Below are positions 13,375-24,359 of a DNA stretch of 64,000 nucleotides, in pieces (position 1 is the stretch's first letter; each line of letters begins with the position of its first letter). A program made the position numbers and the translations under genes. The notes beneath the pieces are model-generated. The model worked only from the letters and a program-made list of their open reading frames with translations. It did no database searches and was not told the DNA's origin. Source of the stretch: an uncultured Acidiferrobacteraceae bacterium (GTDB taxonomy: Bacteria > Pseudomonadota > Gammaproteobacteria > Acidiferrobacterales > SZUA-150). The DNA lies in contig CAJVXY010000007.1 of assembly GCA_913009895.1 (NCBI GenBank), forward strand, positions 15,862-79,861, in the 5' to 3' direction.

Positions 13375-13914
13375 ATGAGCAGGTTACAGGAAACATACAA
13401 AAAAGAGATCGTTCCGGCACTCCAGAAAAAGCTGGGTGTAAAGAGCGTAATGGAAGTGCCAGCAATCACCAAGATCACCATAAATATGGGTGTCGGTGAA
13501 GCCATGTCCGACAAGAAACTAATTGATCATGCGGTCAGCGATATGATTAAACTTGCCGGTCAAAAACCGGTAGTGACATTGGCCAGAAAGTCTGTAGCGG
13601 CTTTTAAGGTTAGAGAAGGCTGGCCAATTGGTTGTAAGGTTACTTTGCGCCGGGAACGTATGTACGAATTTTTTGATCGACTGGTCAGTATTGCGATTCC
13701 AAGAATTCGGGATTTTCGTGGCTTGCCAGCCAAGTCTTTTGATGGCCGCGGCAACTATACGATGGGCGTAAAAGAGCAAATCATATTTCCCGAAATCGAT
13801 TATGATAAAATTGACCGAATCCGGGGCATGGATATTGTTATTACTACCAGCGCCAAGACCGACGATGAAGGCAGGGCCTTGTTGCAGGCGTTTAATTTTC
13901 CGATCAGGAGCTAA
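13375..13914 (+). CDS. rplE: 50S ribosomal protein L5
   Basis: [15 protein letters not shown]. Confidence 0.99.
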   Translation: MSRLQETYKKEIVPALQKKLGVKSVMEVPAITKITINMGVGEAMSDKKLIDHAVSDMIKLAGQKPVVTLARKSVAAFKVREGWPIGCKVTLRRERMYEFFDRLVSIAIPRIRDFRGLPAKSFDGRGNYTMGVKEQIIFPEIDYDKIDRIRGMDIVITTSAKTDDEGRALLQAFNFPIRS

Positions 13915-13920
13915 AAGAAG

Positions 13921-14226
13921 ATGGCAAAAAAATCCATGGTAGCACGTGATAAAAAACGCGAGGCAATTGTTGCCAAGTATGCGGAGAAAAGAAGCGCGCT
14001 TAAAAAATTGATATTTACAAAAACCACCTCTGATGACGAGCGTTTTGCTGCTGTGATTGCATTACAAAAAATGCCACGCAATGCCAGCCCATGCAGGGTC
14101 AGGAACCGTTGTCGAATAACCGGTCGTCCCCGTGGTTATTATCGAAAATTTGGTTTATCACGCAACAGGTTAAGAGAAGTGATGAACCGTGGTGAAGTGC
14201 CAGGTGTCGTTAAGGCAAGCTGGTAA
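13921..14226 (+). CDS. rpsN: 30S ribosomal protein S14 (long, zinc-independent form)
   Basis: [21 protein letters not shown]; 101 aa. Confidence 0.99.
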   Translation: MAKKSMVARDKKREAIVAKYAEKRSALKKLIFTKTTSDDERFAAVIALQKMPRNASPCRVRNRCRITGRPRGYYRKFGLSRNRLREVMNRGEVPGVVKASW

Positions 14227-14273
14227 TTTAGTTAAATACAGAGACTGTACAGGATTAAAGCGAGAAAATTGTT

Positions 14274-14666
14274 ATGATGACCGATCCAATAGCTGACCTA
14301 TTAACACGCATCCGTAATGCCCAAAAGGCAGATAAGGTAAGCGTGCAAATGCCTGGTTCACGTACCAAGTCGTCAATTGCCAATGTTTTGAAAAGCGAAG
14401 GTTACATTAAAGACTTTGCAGAGAAAAATGTTGAAGGTAAGCCGGTTTTGAGTGTCGAGCTTAAGTACTATAATGGCGAACCTGTTATTACAACTTTACA
14501 AAGAGTAAGCAAACCTGGTCGTCGCCAGTATAACGGTAAAGACTCACTGCCTCGTGTAGCTGGTGGCCTGGGTGTAGCAATTATTTCTACATCAAAGGGT
14601 GTTATGTCTGATCGCGAAGCCCGTGCTGCGGGTATCGGTGGCGAAATCCTGTGTGTGGTTTCCTGA
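14274..14666 (+). CDS. rpsH: 30S ribosomal protein S8
   Basis: [20 protein letters not shown]. Confidence 0.99.
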   Translation: MMTDPIADLLTRIRNAQKADKVSVQMPGSRTKSSIANVLKSEGYIKDFAEKNVEGKPVLSVELKYYNGEPVITTLQRVSKPGRRQYNGKDSLPRVAGGLGVAIISTSKGVMSDREARAAGIGGEILCVVS

Positions 14667-14678
14667 TAGGGTAAAACG

Positions 14679-15212
14679 ATGTCAAGAATTGCAAATAATC
14701 CTGTCACACTCCCGTCCGGTGTTGAGTTTAACATTGCCGGGGGTATTGCCAGTGTCAAAGGTCCCAAGGGTGAAATTTCTCACAAGGTTCATGAGTTGGT
14801 CGAAGTAAAAAAAGACGATAATACCTTGAAATTTTCAGCCAAAGACGAATCTACCAGTGCCAAGGCGCTGTCAGGTACAACCCGGGCAATACTCAATAAT
14901 ATGGTCACCGGTGTTAATACAGGTTTCGAAAAGAAGCTGACAATTATTGGTGTTGGTTACCGTGCGGCAGTACAGGGAAAGAGCCTGAATTTAACACTGG
15001 GTTTTTCACACCCGGTCAATTACCCGATCCCGGCTGGTATTACTATTGAAACACCGAGCCAAACTGAGGTAGTCGTGAAAGGTATAGACAAGCAACGTGT
15101 TGGTCAGGTTGCTTCTGAAATTCGCGCTTATCGACCACCTGAGCCTTATAAAGGCAAGGGCGTGCGATACACAGACGAACACGTGGTTCGCAAAGAAGCG
15201 AAGAAAAAATAG
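14679..15212 (+). CDS. rplF: 50S ribosomal protein L6
   Basis: [13 protein letters not shown]. Confidence 0.99.
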   Translation: MSRIANNPVTLPSGVEFNIAGGIASVKGPKGEISHKVHELVEVKKDDNTLKFSAKDESTSAKALSGTTRAILNNMVTGVNTGFEKKLTIIGVGYRAAVQGKSLNLTLGFSHPVNYPIPAGITIETPSQTEVVVKGIDKQRVGQVASEIRAYRPPEPYKGKGVRYTDEHVVRKEAKKK

Positions 15213-15221
15213 GGCATAGAT

Positions 15222-15581
15222 ATGGCAATTAGTAAATTACAACGTCGCAAGCGTCGCGCAGGATCAATCCGCCGTCGTATCAGCGAGCTGGGCGGTAATC
15301 GTTTGAGCGTATTTCGTACTCCCAGGCATATTTATGCGCAGGTGTTTGATGAAACAGGTAGTCGTGTGCTGGCTAGCGCTTCAACACTGGAAGCGGGTGT
15401 CAAACAAGGCATCAAGACTGGTGGTAATTCCGAGGCTGCTGCTGTGGTCGGCAAACTGATTGCCGAAAAAGCAAAAGCAGCTGGTGTGACAAGAGTGGCA
15501 TTTGATCGCTCTGGTTTTTCTTATCATGGCAGGATCAAAGCACTGGCAGAAGCTGCCAGAGAAAGCGGACTAGAGTTCTAG
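15222..15581 (+). CDS. rplR: 50S ribosomal protein L18
   Basis: [16 protein letters not shown]. Confidence 0.99.
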   Translation: MAISKLQRRKRRAGSIRRRISELGGNRLSVFRTPRHIYAQVFDETGSRVLASASTLEAGVKQGIKTGGNSEAAAVVGKLIAEKAKAAGVTRVAFDRSGFSYHGRIKALAEAARESGLEF

Positions 15582-15606
15582 TTCCCGATAATGAGGCATA
15601 TATATA

Positions 15607-16107
15607 GTGGCAATGCAAAACGATAGTCGTTCTGACAATTTAATGGAGAAACTGGTTAGCGTACGCCGGGTAGCCAAAGTGGTTAAAGGTGGTCGCCAAT
15701 TCGGTTTCAGTGCACTGACAGTTGTTGGTGATGGTAATGGCAAGGTCGGTATTGGTCGCGGAAAAGCGCGCGAAGTACCCATTGCCGTTCAAAAAGCAAT
15801 GGAAAGTGCGCGCAAGAATATGGTCACTATCGATTTGAAGGGCGTGACACTTCACCACGGCACGACCGCTCGCCATGGCGCAGCAAAAGTCATTATGCGT
15901 CCGGCCTCTGAAGGCACAGGTATTATTGCTGGTGGTGCCATGCGGGCAGTGCTGGAAGCCGTCGGGGTCCACGATGTATTGGCCAAGTGCATTGGCTCTC
16001 GTAATCCGGTGAACGTTGTACGCGCAACATTAAACGGTTTAATGGGTATTCATAATCCTACCCAGGTATTGGCCAAGCGCGGCAAGAAACTCCAGGATAT
16101 TACATAA
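15607..16107 (+). CDS. rpsE: 30S ribosomal protein S5
   Basis: [19 protein letters not shown]. Confidence 0.99.
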   Translation: MAMQNDSRSDNLMEKLVSVRRVAKVVKGGRQFGFSALTVVGDGNGKVGIGRGKAREVPIAVQKAMESARKNMVTIDLKGVTLHHGTTARHGAAKVIMRPASEGTGIIAGGAMRAVLEAVGVHDVLAKCIGSRNPVNVVRATLNGLMGIHNPTQVLAKRGKKLQDIT

Positions 16108-16120
16108 AGCAGGCTAAAAA

Positions 16121-16306
16121 GTGGCAGCAAAAAAAATTAAAGTAACATTGGTTAAGAGCACAATTGGCGTTGGCCGCAGGCACCAGGCTTGTGTGCGTGG
16201 TCTTGGGCTCAGGCGAATACATCATACTGTTGAGGTACAGGACACGCCCGAAAATCGTGGCATGATCCATAAAGTATCTTACATGGTTAAGTGCGAGGAT
16301 ATTTAG
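16121..16306 (+). CDS. rpmD: 50S ribosomal protein L30
   Basis: VTLVKS..LGLRRI..NRGMI. Confidence 0.97.
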   Translation: MAAKKIKVTLVKSTIGVGRRHQACVRGLGLRRIHHTVEVQDTPENRGMIHKVSYMVKCEDI

Positions 16307-16308
16307 TA

Positions 16309-16743
16309 ATGCGACTCAATACATTAAAACCGGCTCAAGGCAGCAAATTTACGCGTAAACGTGTTGGCCGTGGCATTGGTTCCGGATTTGGCAAAACAGC
16401 TGGTCGTGGACATAAAGGACAAAAATCCAGGTCAGGCGGTTTTCATAAAGTCGGGTTTGAAGGTGGCCAAATGCCACTCCAGCGACGACTGCCAAAGCGT
16501 GGTTTCAGTTCACGTGTCGGTATCACCACCGCAGAGGTCAGGTTACACGAATTGGCCAAGGTTGATGCTGACGTCATTGACATTGAAGCCTTGAAAAAAG
16601 CGGACATCATTGGTGAAAACATTAAACGCGCCCGGGTCTTTTTGTCTGGTAAGCTTGAAAAAGCGGTAACGCTTCGCGGTCTGGTTGTAACCAAGGGCGC
16701 AGCTGATGCCATTGGCAAAGCTGGCGGGAAAGTCGAGAGCTGA
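16309..16743 (+). CDS. rplO: 50S ribosomal protein L15
   Basis: [21 protein letters not shown]; ATG at 16309. Confidence 0.98.
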   Translation: MRLNTLKPAQGSKFTRKRVGRGIGSGFGKTAGRGHKGQKSRSGGFHKVGFEGGQMPLQRRLPKRGFSSRVGITTAEVRLHELAKVDADVIDIEALKKADIIGENIKRARVFLSGKLEKAVTLRGLVVTKGAADAIGKAGGKVES

Positions 16744-18095
16744 TGGCCAGACGCGCTGCAGGAAAAGGTGGCTCTGGTGCATCGGGTAAATTTTCCGACC
16801 TAAAGCGGCGCATATTATTTTTGCTAGGCGCATTAATTGTTTATCGCATGGGCACCTACATTCCAGTGCCTGGTATCAATGCAGCAGCCTGGGCATCGAT
16901 TTTTGAACAATCTCAAAATACGATTATAGGGTTGTTCAATATGTTTTCCGGTGGCGCGCTATCGCGTATGTCGGTTTTTGCGTTGAATGTGATGCCGTAT
17001 ATTTCTGCATCCATCATCATGCAATTACTGACGGCAGTTATGCCATCGATGATGCAACTTAAAAAAGAAGGCGAAGCTGGACGTCGTAAAATTACGCAGT
17101 ACACTCGTTATGCCACGGTTGCGCTGGCAACCTTCCAGTCGCTTGGTATTGCAATTGCGTTAGAGAGCCAGGTAGTTGGCGGCTCAAATGTCGTGGTCGC
17201 ACCAGGTATAGGTTTTAAACTGGTTACGGTTGTTACGCTGGTGACAGGCACCATGTTTTTGATGTGGCTGGGAGAACAGATAACAGAGCGTGGCATCGGT
17301 AATGGCATATCGATGATTATTTTCGCAGGTATTGTTGCAGGCCTGCCGTCAGCAATTGGTAATACGCTGGATCTGGCTAGCCGGGGCACGTACTCACCAC
17401 TGTTTGTATTGTTGTTATTTGTTGTTGCCGTGTCAGTGACGGCGTTTGTGGTTTTTGTTGAGCGGGGGCAAAGGCGTGTTACCGTGAATTATGCCAAGCG
17501 GCAACAGGGTAATCGCATGATGGGTGGTCAGACCAGTCACTTGCCGCTCAAGCTTAATATGGCAGGTGTGATACCACCAATTTTTGCCTCAAGTATTATT
17601 TTATTTCCGGCAACAATTGGCAGCTGGTTTGCTAATGCAAGTGGCATGGGCTGGTTGAAAGATGTTGCCACGTCAATTTCGCCGGGTCAGCCGCTTTATG
17701 TAATTTTGTATGGCGGTTTGATTATATTTTTCTGCTTTTTTTATACGGCACTGGTTTTCAGCCCGAAAGATATGGCAGATAATTTGAAGAAATCAGGTGG
17801 TTTAATTCCGGGGATACGTCCCGGCGATCAAACGACACGTTATCTTGATGGTGTGACGTCGAGGTTAACATTCTGGGGTGCCATGTATATTACCGCGGTT
17901 AGTTTAATCCCGGAATTTATGCGGGTTCAGTGGAATGTGCCGTTTTATTTTGGTGGTACGTCCTTATTGATTATTGTGGTGGTGTGTATGGATTTCATGT
18001 CCCAGGTCCAGAATCATATAATGTCCAGCCAATATGAGAGTTTGTTGAAAAAAGCCAATTTGACCGGTAATACCGGTTTTGGGATGCCCCGATAG
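16743..18095 (+). CDS. secY: Preprotein translocase SecY
   Basis: [37 protein letters not shown]. Confidence 0.99.
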   Translation: MARRAAGKGGSGASGKFSDLKRRILFLLGALIVYRMGTYIPVPGINAAAWASIFEQSQNTIIGLFNMFSGGALSRMSVFALNVMPYISASIIMQLLTAVMPSMMQLKKEGEAGRRKITQYTRYATVALATFQSLGIAIALESQVVGGSNVVVAPGIGFKLVTVVTLVTGTMFLMWLGEQITERGIGNGISMIIFAGIVAGLPSAIGNTLDLASRGTYSPLFVLLLFVVAVSVTAFVVFVERGQRRVTVNYAKRQQGNRMMGGQTSHLPLKLNMAGVIPPIFASSIILFPATIGSWFANASGMGWLKDVATSISPGQPLYVILYGGLIIFFCFFYTALVFSPKDMADNLKKSGGLIPGIRPGDQTTRYLDGVTSRLTFWGAMYITAVSLIPEFMRVQWNVPFYFGGTSLLIIVVVCMDFMSQVQNHIMSSQYESLLKKANLTGNTGFGMPR

Positions 18096-18146
18096 CCATC
18101 GCAGGCTATCTATAGTTGAGAACAGGGGTACGACAGGAGAAATGTT

Positions 18147-18260
18147 ATGAAAGTAAGAGCATCAGTCAAGAAATTATGCAGAAATTGCAAAATTGTGCGC
18201 CGGAAACGGGTTGTTCGAGTGATTTGCTCGGATCCGACCCATAAACAGCGACAAGGTTAG
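18147..18260 (+). CDS. rpmJ: 50S ribosomal protein L36 (zinc-ribbon form; too short for the ORF track)
   Basis: Hand translation [45 protein letters not shown]. Confidence 0.98.
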   Translation: MKVRASVKKLCRNCKIVRRKRVVRVICSDPTHKQRQG

Positions 18261-18270
18261 GGTTATTTGG

Positions 18271-18299
18271 TTGATTTTTGCCAATCTAATCAGTATTCT
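18271..18299 (+). promoter_or_regulatory. sigma70 promoter of alpha operon
   Basis: TTGATT-N17-TATTCT then GCGCG, upstream of rpsM. Confidence 0.55.
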
Positions 18300-18407
18300 T
18301 GCGCGTTTTCGCGCACCAGGCAGATCTTAAGGTAGTTTTTGGGATCAGGCAGACTTCAGGCCAGAAAAGATTTTGGCTGTATAAATGTAGGTGGAGATTT
18401 AAGGTAA

Positions 18408-18764
18408 ATGGCACGTATTGCAGGTGTAAATATCCCGACCCATAAGCACATCGAGATCGCTTTGACCTCGGTTTATGGCATCGGCCGCGCGCGAGCACAA
18501 AAAATATGTGCTTCTACCGGCATTAAAATTGATACCAGGGTTCAGGATTTATCCGAGAGTGATCTGGAGTCATTGCGTACCGAAGTTGGCAAATACACCA
18601 TTGAGGGTGATTTGCGTCGCTCGGTAACAATGAATATCAAGCGTCTTATGGATTTGGGTGCATACAGGGGCATACGCCATCGTCGTGGTTTGCCTGTCAG
18701 GGGTCAGCGTACCAAAACAAATGCGCGCACCCGCAAGGGACCAACCCGTCCTATTCGTAAGTAA
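18408..18764 (+). CDS. rpsM: 30S ribosomal protein S13
   Basis: [28 protein letters not shown]. Confidence 0.99.
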   Translation: MARIAGVNIPTHKHIEIALTSVYGIGRARAQKICASTGIKIDTRVQDLSESDLESLRTEVGKYTIEGDLRRSVTMNIKRLMDLGAYRGIRHRRGLPVRGQRTKTNARTRKGPTRPIRK

Positions 18765-18809
18765 GAAATCGACAACTGAATATATAATATATAGATACGG
18801 TAAATTAAT

Positions 18810-19211
18810 ATGGCAACCACTCCTCCAAAAACTCAATCTCGCAAAAAGCGTGCAAAAAAGAATGTCGCCGAAGCTGTGGCCCACATTCATGCATCTTTTA
18901 ATAATACGATTATCTCTATCAGTGATCGGCAGGGAAATGTATTGACCTGGGCAACAGCGGGTGGCTCTGGCTTCAGGGGCTCACGCAAAAGCACCCCTTT
19001 TGCTGCTCAAATTGCAGCCCAGCGAGCAGGCGAAGCCGCAAAACAGGACTACGGTGTTAAATCACTGGAAATAAGGGTAAAGGGTCCGGGCCCAGGCCGT
19101 GAATCAGCAGTTCGTATGTTGAACAACCTGGGGTTTGAAATTAATAATATTCTGGATGTGACGCCAATTCCACACAATGGTTGTCGTCCTTCCAAGAAAC
19201 GTCGGGTTTAG
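18810..19211 (+). CDS. rpsK: 30S ribosomal protein S11
   Basis: [23 protein letters not shown]. Confidence 0.99.
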   Translation: MATTPPKTQSRKKRAKKNVAEAVAHIHASFNNTIISISDRQGNVLTWATAGGSGFRGSRKSTPFAAQIAAQRAGEAAKQDYGVKSLEIRVKGPGPGRESAVRMLNNLGFEINNILDVTPIPHNGCRPSKKRRV

Positions 19212-19223
19212 AGAGGGTTTCGC

Positions 19224-19850
19224 GTGGCAAGGTATACAGGTTCAAAGTGCCGATTATGTCGTCGTGAAGGCGGCAAGTTATTTCTTAAAGGCGAGAAATG
19301 TTTTTCATCAAAGTGTGCTGTTGATAAACGCGCTTACCCACCGGGTATGCACGGCCAGGCACGTCGCCGGACATCAGATTACGGCCTGCAGTTGCGTGAA
19401 AAGCAAAAATTGCGACGCATTTATGGTGTCTTAGAAAAACAATTCGCCGCTTATTATGACGAGGCAGATCGACGCAAGGGTTCAACCGGTGAAAATCTGT
19501 TAAAGCTGCTGGAATGCCGTACTGATAATGTTGTTTATCGCATGGGTTTTGGCGTATCTCGTTCAGAAGCAAGACAGTTGGTAAGACACAATGGTGTGCT
19601 GATAAACGGGACACGAACCAACATTCCGTCTTACCAGGTAAAGCCCAGTGATAAAATTGAACTTACCGCCAAGGCCCGTGAACAGTTAAGGGTTAAAGCT
19701 GCTGTTGAAGCCGCCGAACAAAGAGGTTTACCGGAATGGCTTGAAGTTGACACCAAGTCAATGTCAGGCGTATTCAAAGCCATACCTGATCGTTCTGAGT
19801 TACCTTCAGAAATTAATGAAAGCCTAGTTGTAGCGCTTTACTCCAAGTAA
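19224..19850 (+). CDS. rpsD: 30S ribosomal protein S4
   Basis: [21 protein letters not shown]. Confidence 0.99.
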   Translation: MARYTGSKCRLCRREGGKLFLKGEKCFSSKCAVDKRAYPPGMHGQARRRTSDYGLQLREKQKLRRIYGVLEKQFAAYYDEADRRKGSTGENLLKLLECRTDNVVYRMGFGVSRSEARQLVRHNGVLINGTRTNIPSYQVKPSDKIELTAKAREQLRVKAAVEAAEQRGLPEWLEVDTKSMSGVFKAIPDRSELPSEINESLVVALYSK

Positions 19851-19877
19851 CAGTCAAGGATCAACCGAGGACCCAAT

Positions 19878-20879
19878 ATGCAGAATTCTGCTACCGAGTT
19901 TTTGACACCACGTCTTGTAGATGTGCAGACCATGAGCGATACCCACGCGCGGATCACCCTTGAGCCCCTGGAGCGAGGCTTTGGCCATACGCTTGGTAAC
20001 GCCCTGCGCAGAATTTTACTTTCATCAATGCCAGGCTGTGCCATTACTGAAGTCAAGATTGATGGCGTCCTGCATGAATATTCCACTATCGAGGGCGTCC
20101 AGGAAGATGTGATTCAGATTTTGCTTAACCTTAAGACGGTTGCCCTGCGTATGCATAATCGTTCTGAGGCAGTTCTCAAGTTAAGCAAGCAAGGACTTGG
20201 CGTGGTTACTGCCAGTGATATTGTACTGGATCACGATGTTGAAGTTGTCGATCCAGATCAATATATATGCACACTTACTAAAGACACTTCCATTGAAATG
20301 GAGTTAAAGGTTGAAATGGGGCGTGGTTACGTGCCTGTTATGCCAACCAAGGACGAAGAAGGTCGCACAATAGGTGTGATGTTGCTGGACGCATCATATA
20401 GCCCGGTCCACAGAGTCTCCTATGAAGTTGAAAATGCCCGTGTTGAGCAAAGAACTGACCTGGACAAACTGGTTCTGGATATTGAAACCAATGGTGCAAT
20501 TGATTCCGAAGAAGCCGTCCGACGGGCAGCCAATATCCTGCAGGGCCAGATTTCAATTTTTGTTGATCTCAAAAGTCCTGATACCGAAACAGAAGAAACA
20601 AAAGAACCTGAAATGGATCCCATCCTTCTGCGTCCGGTTGACGACCTGGAACTTACAGTTCGATCTGCAAACTGCCTGAAGGCAGAAAATATATTTTATA
20701 TTGGTGATTTAATTCAACGTACCGAATTCGAATTGCTGAAAACACCGAATCTTGGCAAGAAATCATTAACCGAAATTAAAGACATTCTGGCGCAACATAG
20801 TCTTTCGCTGGGTATGAAACTGGAAAATTGGCCGCCAGCAGCATTGAAAGAAAAAGTTGGCGAAGTCGAGCCAGTTTAA
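19878..20879 (+). CDS. rpoA: RNA polymerase alpha subunit
   Basis: [27 protein letters not shown]. Confidence 0.99.
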   Translation: MQNSATEFLTPRLVDVQTMSDTHARITLEPLERGFGHTLGNALRRILLSSMPGCAITEVKIDGVLHEYSTIEGVQEDVIQILLNLKTVALRMHNRSEAVLKLSKQGLGVVTASDIVLDHDVEVVDPDQYICTLTKDTSIEMELKVEMGRGYVPVMPTKDEEGRTIGVMLLDASYSPVHRVSYEVENARVEQRTDLDKLVLDIETNGAIDSEEAVRRAANILQGQISIFVDLKSPDTETEETKEPEMDPILLRPVDDLELTVRSANCLKAENIFYIGDLIQRTEFELLKTPNLGKKSLTEIKDILAQHSLSLGMKLENWPPAALKEKVGEVEPV

Positions 20880-20933
20880 AAAAACCGGTTTATAAAAAGT
20901 TTATTAACAGTTTAACAAGCACGAGGAATTATC

Positions 20934-21530
20934 ATGCGTCATCAAAAGAGCGGAAGAAAGCTCAATCGGACAAGTAGCCATCGTCAGGCTATGTTCAGGA
21001 ATATGACAGCATCCCTGATTCAGCATGAGCAAATCAGGACGACATTGCCCAAGGCAAAAGAGCTGCGCCGTGTTGCCGAGCCCTTGATCACACTGGCAAA
21101 AACAGCCACTGTTGCTAATCGTCGCCTGGCATTTTCACGATTAAGAGATCGTGCTGCTGTTACAAAGCTTTTTAATGATCTCGGTGAGCGATTCAAGTCA
21201 CGCCCGGGCGGTTATTTGCGTATTCTCAAATGTGGCGTCCGGACTGGCGATAAAGCGACAATGGCGATTGTTCAGTTAGTTGATCGCAAGACTGATGATG
21301 AACCGATTAAGGAAACAAAAACTGCCAGGAAAGAAAAGACAGTAGCAGCCAAGCCTAAAAAAGAAGCTGGCGAGAAAGAGAAAGCGCTCGCCAAAAAAGT
21401 TAGTAAAAAGACAGCGGACAGCAAGAAAACTGCCAAGAAAAAGACTACAAAAAAAGCAGCCGCTGGCAAAACAGTAGCAAAGAAAACTGCCAAGAAAAAG
21501 GTTGCCAAAAAGAAAACAACTAAAAAATAA
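20934..21530 (+). CDS. rplQ: 50S ribosomal protein L17 with Lys/Ala-rich C-terminal extension
   Basis: [25 protein letters not shown]; about 80 extra basic residues. Confidence 0.99.
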   Translation: MRHQKSGRKLNRTSSHRQAMFRNMTASLIQHEQIRTTLPKAKELRRVAEPLITLAKTATVANRRLAFSRLRDRAAVTKLFNDLGERFKSRPGGYLRILKCGVRTGDKATMAIVQLVDRKTDDEPIKETKTARKEKTVAAKPKKEAGEKEKALAKKVSKKTADSKKTAKKKTTKKAAAGKTVAKKTAKKKVAKKKTTKK

Positions 21531-21571
21531 TTAATAAATTTTATCTGATTTAAAGTCGTGTGTAGATTTAT

Positions 21572-21599
21572 AAAAAGGCCGGTTTATCCGGTCTTTTTT
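21572..21599 (+). terminator. Terminator of alpha operon
   Basis: AAAAAGGCCGG-TTTAT-CCGGTCTTTTTT. Confidence 0.75.
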
Positions 21600-21735
21600 A
21601 TTGGAAATTAGTTACACATCTGGAGAGCTCTTTATATAGATGGTTTTGGGCAATAAAAGTAGCACAAGATATTGGTGTCGGAATTGATTTCACATATGAT
21701 GCATAAAGTAGTTTAAATAAAAAAAGGCCGGGGTT

Positions 21736-23283
21736 ATGGATACTCTCGATAGTATTGTTTTGCTGCTTTACGTATTGGCGATCACGGGTTTTGGTCTGCT
21801 GTTTTATCGACGGGCGAGCAATACAGAAGGGTTCACCGTTGCCAACAGGCGCTTGCCGGGCTGGGTAATTGGCCTGTCAATTTTTGGTACTTATTTATCG
21901 TCTATTTCATTCCTGGCTTTACCCGGCAAAGCCTATAGCAGTAACTGGTCGATACTGGCATTTGCACTTTCATTACCGATCGCCGCTTATGTGGCAACAC
22001 GCTGGTTTATTCCCCTTTATCGAAGTACCCGTGACATCTCAGCTTATGCCTATCTTGAACGCAGATTTGGTTTGTGGGCAAGAATGTATGCCGCACTGTT
22101 TTATTTGCTGACGCAACTGGCACGTATGGGCACCATTATATTTCTCGTTGCCCTGGCCCTGCAGTCACTAACAGACTGGAACATCGTTTATATTATTCTC
22201 ATCACGGGTGTAATTATCACACTATATACCGTTGTTGGTGGCATCGAAGCGGTTATCTGGACTGATGCATTGCAAAGTATTGTTTTGACACTGGGCGCGA
22301 TTACCTGTGTGGTCATTTTGTTCGTGGCTATGCCCGGCGGTGCTGAGCAAATTTTTATCATTGCCAACACCCAGGAGAAATTTTCTCTGGGTTCATTTCA
22401 GCTGGTTTTCACAGAACCTACTTTTTGGGTGATCCTTATTTACGGTCTTGCCATAAATCTCCAGAACTTTGGTATTGACCAGTCCTATGTGCAGCGATAC
22501 CAGGCCGCGGTTTCAACCAAAGAAGCCTGTAAGTCGGTCTGGATTGGAGCATTAATTTACATTCCAGTGGGCATGTTATTCCTGTTTGTTGGCAGTGCAT
22601 TGTTTTCATTTTACCAGGCACAGCCTGAGTTATTACCAGTGGCCTTGCAGGCCGCAGAAGCTGCCGACAAGATATTTCCCTATTTCATTGCTACGGAATT
22701 GCCATCTGGTGTGCGGGGTTTATTAATTGCGGCACTATTTGCGGCCGCTATGAGCTCGGTGGATACCTCAATAAATTCTTCAGCAACCATACTAATGACA
22801 GATGGTTACCAAAGGCTTTTTAATCCAGCAGCGGATCAGCGCAAACAAATAATGTTTTTAAGGACTGCCACTTTAATATTGGGTTCGCTCGGTACCGGTA
22901 CGGCGTTATTGATGATATCAATCAAGAGCGCCCTGGATGTGTGGTGGAATCTTGCCGGCATATTTTCAGGCGGCATGATTGGTCTGTTCCTGCTGGGCAT
23001 TCTTTCACGTCGGGCGCGTTCTACTGAGGCAGGATTCGCCGTGGTGATTGGGCTGATTATAATTGTCTGGGCAGCCTTATCGAGTAAACTGGGCTGGCCT
23101 ATAAAGAATCCCTTGCACCCGTTGATGACGACAGTCATCGGCACGCTGATTATATTTCTTGTGGGTGTATTGTTGTCACGCCATCGAAATCGTAAATCAT
23201 ACAAAAAACCAGCGCAGACAATTTACGACCTGCGGGAGATTGAATTTGCTGATGAAACAACGGTGATTAATGATGACCATTAA
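21736..23283 (+). CDS. Sodium:solute symporter (SSS) family protein
   Basis: About 13 TM helices; SAYAYLERRFG, GGIEAVIWTD, DQSYVQRY, AAAMSSVD. Confidence 0.92.
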   Translation: MDTLDSIVLLLYVLAITGFGLLFYRRASNTEGFTVANRRLPGWVIGLSIFGTYLSSISFLALPGKAYSSNWSILAFALSLPIAAYVATRWFIPLYRSTRDISAYAYLERRFGLWARMYAALFYLLTQLARMGTIIFLVALALQSLTDWNIVYIILITGVIITLYTVVGGIEAVIWTDALQSIVLTLGAITCVVILFVAMPGGAEQIFIIANTQEKFSLGSFQLVFTEPTFWVILIYGLAINLQNFGIDQSYVQRYQAAVSTKEACKSVWIGALIYIPVGMLFLFVGSALFSFYQAQPELLPVALQAAEAADKIFPYFIATELPSGVRGLLIAALFAAAMSSVDTSINSSATILMTDGYQRLFNPAADQRKQIMFLRTATLILGSLGTGTALLMISIKSALDVWWNLAGIFSGGMIGLFLLGILSRRARSTEAGFAVVIGLIIIVWAALSSKLGWPIKNPLHPLMTTVIGTLIIFLVGVLLSRHRNRKSYKKPAQTIYDLREIEFADETTVINDDH

Positions 23284-23509
23284 TGTGCGCCCATTTAAAT
23301 ATAAAGTAAATTCAACCTGGTAGAGCTATAAGCACTAACTAATGTAATGTTTTCCTGGTATTACAATTGTGATTCTGCTTCGGGTTTTTAGGGGTTGGCT
23401 GGATAAACGCTACTTTGTTTCGGAAGAATGGTCTAAAAATTGCGGTTTTTCATTGCATAATCACCCTGTAACGCAAGACAGCATTTTTAAAATATCACAA
23501 AGGAGCGAA

Positions 23510-24274
23510 ATGACTATGTTAATTTTTGGCAAGGGTTCCAGATCTCGTTTTTTAATTACTTTTAGTTTGGCTGGCTTAGCATTAATTACATTATCGGGCT
23601 GTGTCACCCAAGGCACCTATGACAACCTTTTAAAAGACCACAATGCCCTGATCGAACAAAACAGTAAGCTGGCCAAAAGCTATGCCGAAGAAAAAGGGAT
23701 TGGCAGGGATAAGGCCGAAGAAAGTGAACGATTGAAACAGGTGCTGGACAATACTTCCCAGGAATTGTCAGCAAGCAATAAGCAACTTGAGGATATTCAG
23801 TCGAAGGCCGATGAAGACAAGGCCTTGTATGCAAAATTGGTGCAAGAACTATCCGGCGAGCTAGATACCAATAAACTTACTATAAAAAAATTAAAAAATG
23901 GTATTAATGTTAACCTCACGGAGGATATATTATTTGCCTCAGGGTCAGCTCGTATCCGTAAATCCGGTCAGGAAGTACTGGGCAAGGTTGGCAAGCAGCT
24001 GGAAAAAGTACCGTATCAAATTATTGTCTCAGGATTTACTGATAACCTGCCGATTAAAGGAAAACTGGCAAATCGTTTTCCGACAAACTGGGACCTTGCT
24101 GCTGCCAGGGCTACCAATGTAGTAAGAATTCTGGAAGAGAATAATGTGCCCAGTGAAAAGCTTATAGCCGCTTCTTATGGCGAAAATCAGCCAATTGCCG
24201 GCAACGAAACTGCCGAAGGCCGTGAGCAGAACAGGAGAATCGAAATTCGCTTAAGACCCGTGGCAGTTAATTAA
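23510..24274 (+). CDS. OmpA/MotB-family peptidoglycan-binding lipoprotein with coiled coil
   Basis: AGGAG RBS before ATG 23510; lipobox LSGC; ILFASGSA, NWDLAAARA, NRRIEI. Confidence 0.88.
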   Translation: MTMLIFGKGSRSRFLITFSLAGLALITLSGCVTQGTYDNLLKDHNALIEQNSKLAKSYAEEKGIGRDKAEESERLKQVLDNTSQELSASNKQLEDIQSKADEDKALYAKLVQELSGELDTNKLTIKKLKNGINVNLTEDILFASGSARIRKSGQEVLGKVGKQLEKVPYQIIVSGFTDNLPIKGKLANRFPTNWDLAAARATNVVRILEENNVPSEKLIAASYGENQPIAGNETAEGREQNRRIEIRLRPVAVN

Positions 24275-24323
24275 TTTGGTATATAAAAGAATACCAGTTT
24301 AAAATTTAGATTTTAATATATTT

Positions 24324-24354
24324 AAAAGGGCCGGTGGTTCACCGGCCCTTTTTT
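24324..24354. terminator. Bidirectional intrinsic terminator
   Basis: AAAAGGGCCGGTG-GTT-CACCGGCCCTTTTTT between convergent genes. Confidence 0.85.
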
Positions 24355-24359
24355 ATTGC

